Of a DNA stretch of 64,000 nt, positions 45,001 to 59,600 are shown piece by piece (position 1 is the first letter of the stretch; each line of letters begins with the position of its first letter). The DNA is taken from NCBI RefSeq assembly GCF_009914755.1, contig NC_060929.1. One strand, written 5' to 3'. A program made the position numbers and the translations under genes. The notes beneath the pieces were generated by a model. It did not search any database. It saw only the letters and a program-made list of their open reading frames with translations, and had not been told where the DNA came from. This DNA comes from the human T2T-CHM13v2.0 reference genome, Homo sapiens.

Positions 45001-48000
45001 GGAAACTGTAAGAAACAAAACTTCCAGCTTGCCTCTGGTGAATGTGGCTCCAATACTTGCCTTTATGTAATCAAATAACTGAAAAAGATTGTTAAAGCCA
45101 CTTTAAAAATAAGTTTATAGCTAAAGGCTTTAAACTTATTCTGCTACAATGTATTTACTCATCCAGGTTTTTAAATGATTTGGGGGGTAAGGTTTTAGAG
45201 CAAAGAGAAAAAGAAACAGAAATGACTCTTTCTTTGATCTCTTACCAATAGGAATCTGATATGGCACACTAGTCTCTGAAAAAGTTGGCAGAATGTATCA
45301 GTATCTTGTTTCCTACATGGCAATTCTAGTGGTCAAGCCCCAAGTCTTTTGCCTTATTCTCTAACTTACTTCTTGTATGTTGAGCTGGCTTGACAAATGG
45401 CGATAGCCATAATTTGGAAGTTGTGGCCTGAGGCTGTGATTATATGATCAACCACATGAGACACTAGAGTTAGTTAACTGACCATGATCAATCACATAGA
45501 AACAAAAGACCTAATCTAAACTATTACACTCAAGCTAAAGTACACTTGTATCATTTGAAGAAGATAAGGACCTGTAATGTTTTCAAAGATTTATGGGAAT
45601 ATTGATTAAATAACTTTTCTCCACAAACTCAGGAAGTAGCTAGTCATGTTCACTGTCTAAAAATTTATATTTGCATTTAACTTTAAACTCCCAACTATTT
45701 AATATTTAATAATTAGTTAAAATATATTAATTATTTTACTATATATAAGAAATCTCTGAATGCGTAATCGACCAGTCATCTTGACTTAAATTAGAATAAC
45801 TTAATGCAAATTAACTCAGTATATATTTTGCATATTGATCAATGTTCTTTTCTCCTGAAAAGTCAAATAAACAAGGGAATTTCCGAGGTTACCTGTGCAC
45901 CTTCTATCACTCATTAAAAGATTGAGCCTTGAAAGTAAAAGGTAATAGAACAAATTATTGAGCTTTCCCTGTAGTTCGTTAATATAGCAGTATAGCGCTT
46001 TGTTCTGATTATGAAATTTTAGTCTTAGAATTTATAAAATAATGACAATTAATTTATTTCCCCAGCTAAAATATTTTTAGTAACGATTTTTCCTCTATTG
46101 AACACCATGATAAATTAATATTAAAAAATAATGGATTGATTTCTTTATGCAGATTTTGAAAGATAACACCCAAGAGAAAACTGTTACTAAATTATAGATC
46201 TAGGGTACTTTTCTCAGGTGGCCAGGATGAATTTATAGATGGTCAAACTGGATGCTCCCATGCGTCATGCCTCATTATTATGATTCATCTACTTTTCTTA
46301 TCAGAACTTGCTCTTTTATTTTTACCCTAGCAACACCACAGGCAGGTAAAATTTAGTAAGCATTAATTTCATAATTTAGTAGATTCAGGGCACAAGTTGA
46401 TACATAGTTTGATTAATAATAAATTGCAGGAAAACAAACTATCCAGATTACATCCTCACTATTTAGAATTCAAGCCTTCCTTCTTGAAAGTTTCCCTCTT
46501 CTTCACAATACTGCCTAGTGAAAATAATTTCTAGTGCTACCCAGATCGATGAAAAAAACCTCTTCCTCAATTCTGCTTGGTTCCCTGCTTGTTTGAATTG
46601 CTCTAGAGAACTAACTGAACCAAATTGCAATGTCTAACTTCAGCACAACTTTGCCCATTTTTATTCCCCACCCCTTTGCACATGTGCCTCAACCTCCACC
46701 GTAACATATACTGGGAATTTATGCTTCTTATTAGTTATAGAGATGAATAAGTCAATCTTTGCTATGAAAAAATTTAAAATAAACCTACAGAGTTGAAAAT
46801 AAACAATAGTCATACATTATGAAGAATGTTCCAAAAGGGAAATACATCCCTTGAGAAGAGAATACAGAGAGCAGAAACCCAGGTCAATCTCACCAAAAGG
46901 AAAAAGAGTGAGAAATGATGCCCAATTGAAACTTAACCTTTAAATTGAGACTTGAAGGAATAAAAAATGATCTATGTGAAGAAGAGAGAAAAATCCATAC
47001 CAAGAAGGAAAGCCCAAATTTGCCAATGTTACAGGGGTGCTATGAAAGCTTAACTACTCTTCCAAAGAAATTCTAGATATTTCGCAAAGCCTTTTAGTCT
47101 CAGTGAGAGATAACCAGAACTGGGAAGCATATTGGTCAGGGGCAGAATGAAAGCTGTTTTCCATAGGTTCCAGTTTGAGCCACACACTTGGGAATATCTT
47201 CTCAGACATAAACTATTTATACTTCCACATTACACAATGCAATATGAATAACGGGATCTGCTAGGAAATAACATTGTGACTGAAGGGTAACCAGATTAAA
47301 ATATCAGGAAACACTGAAGTTCCGGAAGTGTGCATATCAGAGTCTGCCAGTAAGGAAAGAAATATCCTTTCATGGAAATCTCCTTTGGTTTAAAATACCT
47401 AATACGCAGCATCTAGCTACTCAAAAACATTAAACTAGGACACATGTTTTATAAAGAAATATTACAGCTGTGTTGCTCATAGGTCAAAATAGAAACCATA
47501 TGGAAATATTTTTAGCATAAGACTAATTTTAAAACAAGTAAGCCATTTTCAGAAAGCACTTGGAGTGAATATTCTCTTTTCAAAGTTGTTTTTTTAAAAT
47601 TGCTTTTCCTTATGTGACTTGAGTTGATTGAATACTCCAAAACAATCCATTAGAGTGACTAATAAACTTGATTTCCTGAGGTCTATTGATGATGTATTTT
47701 AGCCTATAGTTTTGCTAAAGACTATTGGGAGCCTGGTCTGATTCAAATCCTTCTGCAAACCCATGACATTCACATGAAGTTATCCTGCAGAAGGTCATCT
47801 TCATTTTATATAGACTTTAACCTTTACTTTCATTTAAAATGAATTTTTACATCTGAAAGATGAGTGCAGCAACTAACATTTGAGAAATGATATTTTTGTT
47901 AGTCTTAATGCTGAAAAAAAGTTGATGGATGATGTGTGAAAATATAATCTGTTTATTTGTTAGAAACCATAAAAAATATTCTACCAAAGCAACTAATGTG

Positions 48001-48654
48001 TGCTTTCATTCTTTTAATAACCATTAAATATTTTTCAACAGAGTGAATACTACCCAGATGAGAAGTTAGCTAGATATGTCACTTGATATCCGTAAGACGT
48101 AATTTTTCCCTCTTACATTTAGCTAGGAATTATGGTATTGATCATTGTGGTGTAAAGTACGGGCACAGGTAGTTTAGAAAGGTATGCCAAAATAAAATAT
48201 CAATGTTCTAGCAAAACTCTGGGAATCCTGGGCGGGTACATTAAGTGATATCCTCTTGTTCACTGTAATTTTATTTAATAAAAATAATGAAGCAAAAAAG
48301 ATACTGCATATAAAGTATGTAAATCAATTAGACTATTATCTTATATTCTGAATGAGGAAATTTTTCAAAAGTTATTTAGTCACTTAAAGTAATAATGTAA
48401 AACAATATCTACTTGAAAACAAAAGATGAAATTACTACAAATAAATTCAAGATGGCATGTCAAACACCAACAACAGAAATATAAAAGGGGGGATATTTAC
48501 TATACATTAAGCATGGAAAAACTGATTTCTGAAAATCCTAAGTGACCACAGTTGAATAAGATTCAGTAATGTACCTTTATTACAAGAAAATCAATATATA
48601 TTGGCACTATGTTTGACATACAAAACGTCTAACAAAGTAACTTGTATAGAATAA

Positions 48655-49282
48655 TAAACATATATACTATGAGTATACTATTACATATTATATAATTATA
48701 TAAAATACATATTTGTATATTTTATACTTTGTTAGTATGTGTAAATTATTTACAGTATATCTATATATGTGCAGTGTGTGTATATATACAAAGAATATAC
48801 ACATATATACACACAGAGTATATATACTCTGTATAGTATATATAGAGACAGAGAAACAGCAAGAGAATACATAGAATTGTATATAATATATTAATATATA
48901 TGTTTTGTGTGTGTTTACAAAGAAAGTATATCGCGAGTATAGACTATATAAAGTCTGTACAGTGTGTGTGTATATATAACAGTAAATATGTATGTATACT
49001 AATTTTATTTTTCATATATATAACAAATAAATACTACTTCAGATATAGGTTTTCCACAATTGACATTTATCAAAAAAGTTACGCATTTTTAAAAAAATTA
49101 ATAATTGCAGAAATCAAAGAAAGGGCAAATTCAGCAACAAACATGTCTGTCTATTCTTTTTATATAATATTTACCTAGGTATATATACATGCTTATATAT
49201 ATGAATGTGTAACTATGTGTGTCTATGTGTGTATATATATTTCTTATATATTTCAAATATATATATTTCTTATATATATTTC
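48655..49282. repeat. Degenerate (TA)/(TG)-rich low-complexity tract
   Basis: Many interrupted TATA and TGTG runs. Confidence 0.8.
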
Positions 49283-49825
49283 TTCTGCTGTCAAGTAAAC
49301 ATTTAGATGATGTTGGGTTAACTTAACTGTGGTGTTGAAACATGTAAAGAATAAATATCAAGAGAAAATGACTTTAAAGAAGAAATACTTTAGAAAGCTA
49401 TCTTTATTATCATAATTACCAAAAATTTAATGAACCTGTTTAGGAAGTTACAGAGAATACATTCCTGAGGATGTTTAATTAAGGACAAGAGTTTTTTTGT
49501 GACAGTTTGAATATTCCCATGTGTAAGGACAAAGTTCAGAACCAGTGATTCTTAGAGCCCAAAGGAATCTATACGATTATATACATTGGTACGTATATTT
49601 TAATGGTTATAAATCTGACACTCAAGGATTTAAACAGTCTTGTCTAAAGTCAGAATAGGAAAGGTTTGTTTTCGTCTTCCTTGGAAATCAAATTTCTGCG
49701 TAATTCTTCAAAATTCTCTACGTCAGTGTTCTTAGTTAGAATTGTTCAAATCCTCTTTAAAATCAAGAAAATTTTCGCAGAACCTGCAAAATACATATGT
49801 GAGCTTGAATTTAAGAAACACTGCT

Positions 49826-50164
49826 GGCTGAGCGCGGTGGCTCACGCCTGTAATCCCCGCACTTTGGGAGGCTAAGGCGGATGGATCACCTGAGGTTGCA
49901 GTTCGAGAGCAGCCTGGCCAACATGGTGAAACCCCATCCCTTCCAAAAATAGAGAAAAAAAAAAAATTAGCCGGGCGTGGCGCCTCATTCCTGTAGTCGC
50001 AGCTACTGGGGAGGCTGAGGCAGAAGAATCAATCGCTCGAACTCAGAAGGCGGAGGTTGCAGTGAGCCGATATTGCACCACCGCACTCCAGCCTGTGCGT
50101 CAGAGCGAGACTCTGTCTCAAAAAAGAAACCCAAAAAACAAAAATAAACAAAAAACAAACAAAA
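49826..50164 (+). mobile_element. AluS-type
   Basis: Full dimer with mixed A/C tail; TSD aaacactg. Confidence 0.93.
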
Positions 50165-50373
50165 AAACACTGTTGTAGGGCATGAGATGTTTACCAAGTA
50201 TTTCTAATAAAAACAAAAATTCTTAATTCCAGGCAAATCTAAGGCAGTTTATGTAGCCCATTTATCTTACACATATTCGTCCTTTGCAATCACTACAAAA
50301 GACTATATTTTTTTAAGTATACAGGTATCTTATGTATTCTCCACTGAAAGATAAATAACAAAAACAAAAACTA

Positions 50374-50452
50374 TTAGGCTGGTGCAAAAGGAATCATAGT
50401 TTTTGCCATTACTTTCAATGGCAAAACCCACAACTACTTTTGCACCATATTA
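50374..50452 (+). mobile_element. MADE1 MITE (Hsmar1-derived mariner), second copy
   Basis: ta-TTAGGCTGGTGCAAAAG...TTTTGCCATTACTTTCAATGGCAAAA...CTTTTGCACCA: ~37-bp inverted arms around a short spacer, TA on the left flank. Confidence 0.88.
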
Positions 50453-51234
50453 CTACACATGGAATCAAAATTTTAAAAATCTATATGAAATATCTTTAAA
50501 AATTTTTTGAGAAAGATGTAAGTTTAAAAATGGTAAATAACTTTAGAATTATTTACTATGATGGTGACATCACAGAATATTATATACATTTATCAATGTC
50601 ATCTGTGAGTACTCATTCCAAGTGTTTATCTTGATTAATACAAAGTAGAAGCTTATTAATTTAATGAGAGCATAACCTCCATTATATTAAAACAAATTAC
50701 TACTTATAATGTAGTGACAAAATGGTACATATATATTACTTTTGTTATAGTAGAATTTAAAAAAGTAAAAATTAAAAAAAAAACTAAGGGGCCATAAAAA
50801 TTTATACGATAATTGAGTTAAATATCTCATTTTGGGTTTAAATCTTTTAATAATAGTTCATAATAATTAGCAGGGGCCAAAGAATTAAAACGTAAATATT
50901 TTAACATTTTTTCCCAGACTCAAATATCAACAGATCAAAAGCTTAATGTTTAAAATTAAAATATCTGAATACAGATAATATTTTCAGAAGGGAACATATT
51001 ATACAGTATTCAGTAGGTTTAAACCCATCCATACCTCTGTGTTTATTAAAATTCCCTTTTCTGTGGGAAAAAAACACATTCTAAATGAATCCATATTGTG
51101 TAGATGTGTATATATATATATATAACGTGTGTGTATATATATGTATAAACAGACAAAAAGGATAGATGAATAAGAGTAAATATTAACTGTTGTTACTTCA
51201 GGATATTGTATTTGAAAAGGTAATATAAGACTAG

Positions 51235-51625
<391 letters not shown>

Positions 51626-51719
51626 TAGTTTATAAAATCAGCTAACCAGAATTGTATATTTACTTTCCTTTCCCTACCTCTCATTTTTCCTATAATTTAA
51701 AATATTTTTAATAACAAAA

Positions 51720-52080
51720 TAAAATTATATACAACAAGAACAAATGAGAAGTACTACAAATGTCCATCAAACAAGATTGGTTAAATACATTATAGAAAAG
51801 TATATAATGGAATATACTTTCCTATTAAAAAAAACAAGCTGTATTTATGTGTTGTTGAGAAAATGTCATGTTAATTTAAAAAATAAAGTGCAAAAGAGTA
51901 CATATGATTCGAGTTGTAGAGCTACTACAATAAATACATATTTAGGTTTGTGCATATAAAACATAATTTTAAAATATGCTTCTCTATCTATCTGTCTATC
52001 TATAGGTTTTTTGGAAGGATTCTTAAGAAATTCTCGTCATAGTTTGATATTGAAACTGAGGATACACTTTCTGTAATGTT
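51720..52080 (+). mobile_element. Old L1M 3'-UTR fragment
   Basis: aaatgtccatcaaacaagattggttaaatacattat...tataatggaatatact, characteristic of L1M 3' ends; boundaries approximate. Confidence 0.5.
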
Positions 52081-52436
52081 TGTTTTTTTCCCATATTAAA
52101 AGTAAGAAAATTAAGTATAATCATCCCACCAAAGTAAAAACAACACTTGGTTATTACTAGTCAAATTAAAGTAACTGTAAAATAAGAATTTTTACCTAAC
52201 TCTAAGTATTTTATAAAAATGTATTTGAGCTATGTCTTAGATAATAATTTAAAATATTATATAAAACTGTCATTAATTTAAACAGGTTATTAAGATATTA
52301 AGTTGTATATTAATAATTTTCTTAGAACTGTATAAATAAGAAGCTTTTATTTTACATTTTGTAGCCAAATTTTTAAATGACTTTGAAGTCCCCAAATCCC
52401 CTCTTCATGCTTACTATCTTATTTGCTCCACTCTTC

Positions 52437-52744
52437 TTTTTTTTTTTTTTTTTTTTTTTTTGAGACGGAGTATCACTGTGTCATCCAGGCTGGAGTGCAG
52501 TAGCATGAGCTCGGCTCACTGCAACCTCTCCCTCCCTGGGTTCAAGTGATTCTCCTGCCTCAGCCTGCCAAGTAGCGGGGACTACAGGTGTGTGCCACCA
52601 CATCTGGCTCTTTTTCGTATTTTTAGTAGAGGCGGGGTTTCGCCATGTTGGCCAGGCTCGTCTCAAACTCCTGACCTCAGGTAATCCACGCACCTTGGCC
52701 TCCCAAAGTGTTGGGATCACAGGCATGAGCCACTGCACTGGGCC
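52437..52744 (-). mobile_element. AluSx-type
   Basis: Full dimer; TSD ttgctcca(c/t)tctt. Confidence 0.94.
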
Positions 52745-54597
52745 CAAAATTGCTCCATTCTTTATTAAAAAAAAAAATACAAAATGTTAATTTGAAAAAT
52801 GCAGCCCATGTGGGGCTTCTGAAGAAATACCAGTAAAAAAGTGGCAATCCCACACCAATTTTATGCTTTCATACATTCTCTTAAACTTGCAATTTATATA
52901 TCTGATTTGTCCCCATTAGATTACTCTCTTACTATTTTTCAAGATTCTTTTTAAATTATGAATCTACCTATATATCTTTTCCTTCTGTTTTACTGAATAT
53001 GGTTTCAAAAGAATGACAATATATTACAACAATACCTAAGAGTATCTGAATTTTGTGACTGATGGTTTCATCTTTAGAGCTTTTAGAAAAATCTAAAATT
53101 AAATAGGTTTTTAAAGTTAGTAAGGAATCACAGTTTTTGGAGGGCAAAATGTTTAAGTAATGATGTCTGACCATATGAAAACTATCTAAATGATCCTCAC
53201 TGTGTTCAGGAATCTTGTTTTACAAATCACTTAAACTTTTTATTTTAATTGCAGTACTTGGAAGAGCCTTCACATTTTAACATTATGATTATACACACCC
53301 TAAATTCTGTGTCTTGGGTGCTTTAATTGCTCATGAGAGGCAACCAACTCCAGTAATCAACAGAGGATATGAAACTTCTTATTTTGCTGAACTGTATTAA
53401 CCACAGGGTTTCAGAGAGGTAAGTCAAAGGAGATGTAAAACAGTTACTTAAAGAATAGTTCTTTGGGGAGTTTGCCTTTGCTTTCATATCACATAAATCA
53501 TTTTTGTTTCATCAGCGCTCACACTTCCTTATTTTCATTTACAGTTCCAGCAGCAAGTACACACATTAGGTCAAAACGCTATCTTACATACATCAATGTA
53601 TTAGTTTCAATAAAATCCATAAATGAAGTTGCCTTTCACACGTACACCATGTGTACAAATTTCCATTCTATTTGAAAAGTCACAAGCCTCTCTAGAGCTA
53701 CTTTCATTATTCTTGGCCACAGTTTAGAACTCAATACCTTGACACTTTAAGAGGGTATATGTAGATTTGTGAACAGGAAGGTGGAGAGAGAAGTTATTTC
53801 TACAGAATTCAAAATCAGTTTAGAAAATATGCCTAATTCATAGTAACCAAAAAAAGCATACCATTCCTTTCACCAGTGGTCAGAAGTTTGGCCTTGTTGC
53901 TCTTTGGAATAAAATGGTTAGGAATTAGTGAAGTAGTTTATATTTATAATGGTTATAAAAGTGAATAGGACAAAAGATAGGAGTCTTGTTAAATTACTAA
54001 AAGAATCTGCAAAGTTTATGTTTAAAATATCTGTAAAAACCCATGTGTATTCACTGTTAATCATATATAACACTATCTGGATTCTAACTTACTGAAAATG
54101 CACTACTGCAGTCACTCCTCTTATTTCATGCTTTGGTTTTGGTATTGGATTGAGAAATATAAACCAAAATCTAGGAAACAAAGGTACTAATTCAGAGTAA
54201 TCTTAAGTTTTCTCATTAGTTTTCCATAGTCAGGGAGGACTTACTTCAGATTATTTCTTTCTAAAACTTAATCTGCTATCACTGGAATGTGTTTGTGTGT
54301 GTGTGTGTGTTTAAGATGGAAACATTATCTTTTTAAGGTGTTTTTCAGAGTAACATGATACCCAAACAAAAACAGACATGTTCTTAACACAATGCACTGT
54401 AATGTTACAGTTTCTTAAGATGCACATTTTTTTAAGAGTCAAATTGTAATTACCAGGGATATTTGTAACTTAAAAAAAAAAGGCGGTGACTTACTCTCCA
54501 AATGCAGTATTTTTATCTTATTTTGTTGAAACTTCCTGTCAACCACCAAGAGAATGTGTGTTGAGTAAACATGATCTAATTATAAGAATGCAATTTA

Positions 54598-55007
<410 letters not shown>

Positions 55008-56398
55008 TTATCTCAGGAACAAAACAAAAATACCTTAGCCCAGTTCCTATTACAGTATAAGAAACTATTTTTAAGTCTGGGCTTGGAAACCTGTTTTTTT
55101 CAGGACTTGTATCCATTGTATTTAATTGGCCCCCTGAACTTGCCCTTCCTTTCCAAGTCCACTGCTTCTGTCTTACATCCTTATTATCTTATGAGTAAAT
55201 TAATCAAAAGCCTAATTGGTTTTTGTGCCTCTGGCATTTTTCTTGTCCCTGTCAAATAAATGTCTGCAGTTACAAGATTTCTTCTTAAATTCAGACATCT
55301 AACTGTGCTTCATAGAGCATAAACTCAATTCCCTTCTCAACCACATCCCAAGTTACTTTTCCAACTTTGTATTCCCATGTTCCACAACAGACTCCATTAT
55401 TCCATACGTTTACTGTGCACTTCATCATTTGCTTGACCTGGTACCCTCTAATAATGCAACAGCATTTCCTTCTGTTTGGTTTTCTTATTCTCTTTATTTT
55501 ATCCCTCTGGCAATTGCTATTCTGTTTTTAAAGTCCAGTTCAAATGTTTGGTCCACTTTCCAAGTGTCTTTGTGAACCTGAGGGACAAATTATACACCTC
55601 TGACAACATATTCCCCTATTAGGCCACTAGTGAATTGTATATGCCTCTGTCTGTACCATAAAGCCTATGCATTTTTTAAAGGTAGTGATCAGCTCTTCAT
55701 TTTTGAAGCTACAGTATCTGACACTCAGTACACTTCCAGTAAAAATACATAATTTCTCATCTGTGGTTTATCTACTTTACATACTTATATGTGTGCATGA
55801 GTGAATTTGGCCTTTTGGTCATTTGCCACTTTTAAGCAAGAGTTTATATTTTAATGCTTTTTTCTGAACTTGTGTTAATAAAAGGGAAATGTTGGCTTAA
55901 TTCATTAAAACAGCATCTGTGACTTTGGGGGGAAGCATTAAGGCATTTTATCGCAGCCAGCCTCCTTTCTCACTACTAGGCCTCTTGGCTACAGATGGGA
56001 CTTAATTGCTCCTTAAATATATCTAACATTTATGCTTACACAATATTGCCCACTAGCCATTCAGCACTTCTGTTGTAGTTTCCCTACCCAAAGCTCATTA
56101 ATTTTACTATGAATTCTTATTACTTTTTAGTGCAAAAATATAAAAATTAGTAGTTTGTTCATGAACACACATAAATAAGTGCCAGGTTCAACAATTTGCT
56201 TTTTCAAAAAAGAGGGTGAGTTAAAATCATATCGTACATAAACAAACTTCAAGTTTGTAAATAGAGTAACCATTATAAAATAACGGAAACATATATCCAT
56301 TTGGAGATTTTACTGAAGCTTATTCTTGTCTAGTGAAAATGTTTAGTTATATGTGTTCCACTGTGCCAAGGACAAACTGGTCCTTTCCAGTCACTTAC

Positions 56399-56692
56399 CC
56401 TCTGACAGCATGAATAAGTCTCAATGACGGATAGGCAGTTCGCACTTTCAGTTTATTCTTAAGGATTAATGCATTAACCCACTCCACGTGCTTCTCTCCT
56501 CCTTTGACCATGAAAGCAGGAATCCAAAGGACACTGTCATTCAGCATGGAAAGTCTATGCACAAATTTTTCTCTGTCACTCTCATTTCGAAAGCCTCCAA
56601 ATGCTCTTTGTACAACTGATGGATTCATGGTAATAAAATCTGATTTAGTTCCCACATCTGCAGCAAACTCCACCACAGGAGCTAGATTACAC
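56399..56692 (-). CDS. ST8SIA4: ST8SIA4 penultimate coding exon (exon 4), 294 nt, about residues R168-G266
   Basis: Translation (R)[38 protein letters not shown]...[21 protein letters not shown]: end of sialylmotif L, NES and NDS sequons, start of the basic polysialyltransferase domain. Minus-strand acceptor ttttcctcttcag ends at 56693; donor GG|gtaagt starts at 56398. Phase 2 at both ends. Confidence 0.97.
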
Positions 56693-59600
56693 CTGAAGAG
56701 GAAAAAATTAATGGGACAAATGAAAAAAAAAGAAATATTCACTGGTAAAATGGTGTTCATGAAAAGAAGAATGGGAAATAAGCATTTTTTTAACCATGTG
56801 AAAAGAAAACCAAAAGATCATCTACTTGGTAAGATTACATTTTCAATAAGTCTCCGCACGTGCAGGAATACTGCCTGCAATAAAAATATACAGTCCCAGT
56901 ACAGGGCTCAAAATGCCTCTTGTATGAATTCAACCTGTTGTCTAAGAATATCCTTTGCTATTATCTCATAAAACCACACAATTTGAATTTGTAATCAGAG
57001 AATTTATGATGGTAAATTCACAAGGGTTCTTTGGCCATTCAGTAGTCAATTTAAACCACATGCTGCTCTACAAGTGAATAAAACACATTGGACTTGACAT
57101 TCTAATCTGCACCACTTGTAAAGCTTAAGTCATTTCAACAACTTTGTAAGTGTAAGGAAATAAAGTTGGCTTTACTTACACACTGAGGTTAGGGGAAAAG
57201 TGCAATTCCTTATAGTGTTTTACACAAACATATTTACAATTGCTTTCTATAGGTCTAAATGGGGAAGAAAAATAAGAAAAGTGGAGATGTCATATTTAAT
57301 ATGACTTTCTGGGGTTTTAAGTAATATAGAAAAGCTCTTACTATAAGATCAAATATCAGCCTTCCTGTTATTTTAGGACATCCTCAAAATATCTGTTTTC
57401 CCTTTTCGGACGTATGCATCCCTGGGGAATGCATATGTAGGGAAAGAACAGAATATGCCGTACTGTTTTCTCCACTAGAGCCATAAGGTTTTGAAAAGAG
57501 CTTGGGCCTGATGTTGTTTATATAACCTGTTATTTATATTTATATAATCTAATATAACATTCTTATATTAGAAGAAAGCTTTGAAAAGCACCTTGAATTT
57601 GGCCTTTAACCAATTTCTGATGCTTCTTTGATCGGTCACATAGACCTTTTTATACCTGATTTTAAAAATAGCTTCATTTTTTTTTTTAAAAAAACTATTT
57701 TTAACTTGCTTTTAAAAAGGTAGGTTTTAGTTGATAAAAGAAAAGTTAGATTTTGATAAACAAGAGTTTACTGTATTGGGAAAAAGTTGTTTGAATCGAT
57801 TCAATCAAACCCTTCATGAAAATATGAAACTATTTTTAATACTTTTATCAGCCTTTCAAGGGAAGGGATTTTCTTTTTCTGCATTTTTGCATGTTTGGCT
57901 ACATTATGAAAGTTCCTTACATTTCTCTTCCTTGTGTATTTTGTCACATTAATTGAATTATTAAACATTTTAATTAAAAAGTAAAGTATGTGTTCTGATA
58001 CTAAAAATACTGTCTTATATATCGTTCCTTATCTCTCTTAATTAATATATCTTGTTACTTCCTAGATCTCCGACAATATTTAGCTACAACAACAAATATA
58101 TTTCATCTCAAATTCTCTGTTATTTAGGGTTAGCTACTGAGGGAAAAATATTAACACAATAATATTATTTAGAAAGTATAAAGATTATTATCTTTTCAAT
58201 TTGGGTATCTTTAATTACATCCACTATATTATATGACAGAGTATGTATTTGTTTCTACTCATGATTCATACCACTAATTATTATTAGATATTATTCATTC
58301 TCATTATGGTAAGAATATTACAAACAGGACTACCCAGAAAAAGATTTGCTGCATGCGAATACTTGTCAAAGTGAACACCTTCTTGTGGAACTCAAGGAAG
58401 ATCAAGGACTTGATCATTTTAAAGTCCTAAGATGTGCTCTACACAAATATTAAAAGTAATCTAAACTCCTAATGAAGCTAGTTATCACATGAATTTGGAT
58501 ACTATGGGGAAAAGTATATTCTGGACATCATTATTACTGACACTTCTTTAGGTAAAATAGGGAGAATACATGTAACATTACAGTTAACATGTTCCTGTTG
58601 GGGAAGTGGCTTTGGACATATTTTTCCACTAAAACAAACCCTCAGTAATTTCTTTTTAGAGGATTCCAATTGTAGAGAAAACAATATTTGTACTTTATTT
58701 TCACTATAATAGTAAAACTAGTAAAAACCAACCCAATTAAATAGAATAAAAATGATATATTCTGCTGAATTATCCCTTCAGGAAAAAAATCACTCAATTA
58801 CTGTATACTTTTTCTTGCCACATCTTTAAACATCCCACCCCCTATCCGTATTTGCCAATACCCACTCTTGATTTTCTGGTCATGAATTTCTCAAAAGGTG
58901 GTAAGATGCTCATCAATTAAAGCTGAAGGCTGAAAGATAAATGCTTTCCACTTTGAAAGCAAAAAGAAGCTAATGGAATAAGAATATTTATGGAGAACAG
59001 ATTAATTTAGGAAACAAACCAACATATTTGATTTAATTAATGAATGCTAAATGAGTATGGTGCTAACTAAAGGAGCAATTGGAGATCAAAGAGTAACAAA
59101 TCCACATGCAGAGTCTTGAGGATCTGAGCAGAGCACAATCAGACTTTGTCAAGGATAGTAACTGAGGTACAGGAAATAACAAGACAGAAGACACTTCATA
59201 AAATACAACGCTTTGTGGTTTTAGGAGTCCAGCTTGTTCATTTTCCTGGGGAAGAATATATATACATTTTCCCTGGAAAATAGAGTAATACAATGTCCAC
59301 ATGTTGCTGGTAAATTAACAACTCTGTGGTTGAGTCAGATTTTTAGTCATATAATTAGCTGAATGCCACTTATTTAAAAGAAAGCATTAAAAAATCAAAA
59401 ATAACCAACGAGCTGTGTTGCACTCCAGCAATTCAGTAGACTTGTTGTGAGCATCCAAACATTACTAGCAGCAAAACTGCTGATTGAGCAGGATTATGAA
59501 TATATTTGCCATCACAATTTTCATTTTTCTTTATAAAAAATTCCTTAGAGGTTATAATATTCAAAATTAGCCAGAATGTGTCTCAAGCATTTATGAGTAA

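Noticed and set aside
47320-47382. CCGGAAGTG ETS site with a nearby kB-like GGAAATCTCC
   Set aside because: Only one or two motifs; not enough for a regulatory call.
56504-56971. 155-aa plus-strand ORF overlapping exon 4
   Set aside because: Antisense shadow of a coding exon running into A-rich intron; no recognisable domain or promoter evidence.
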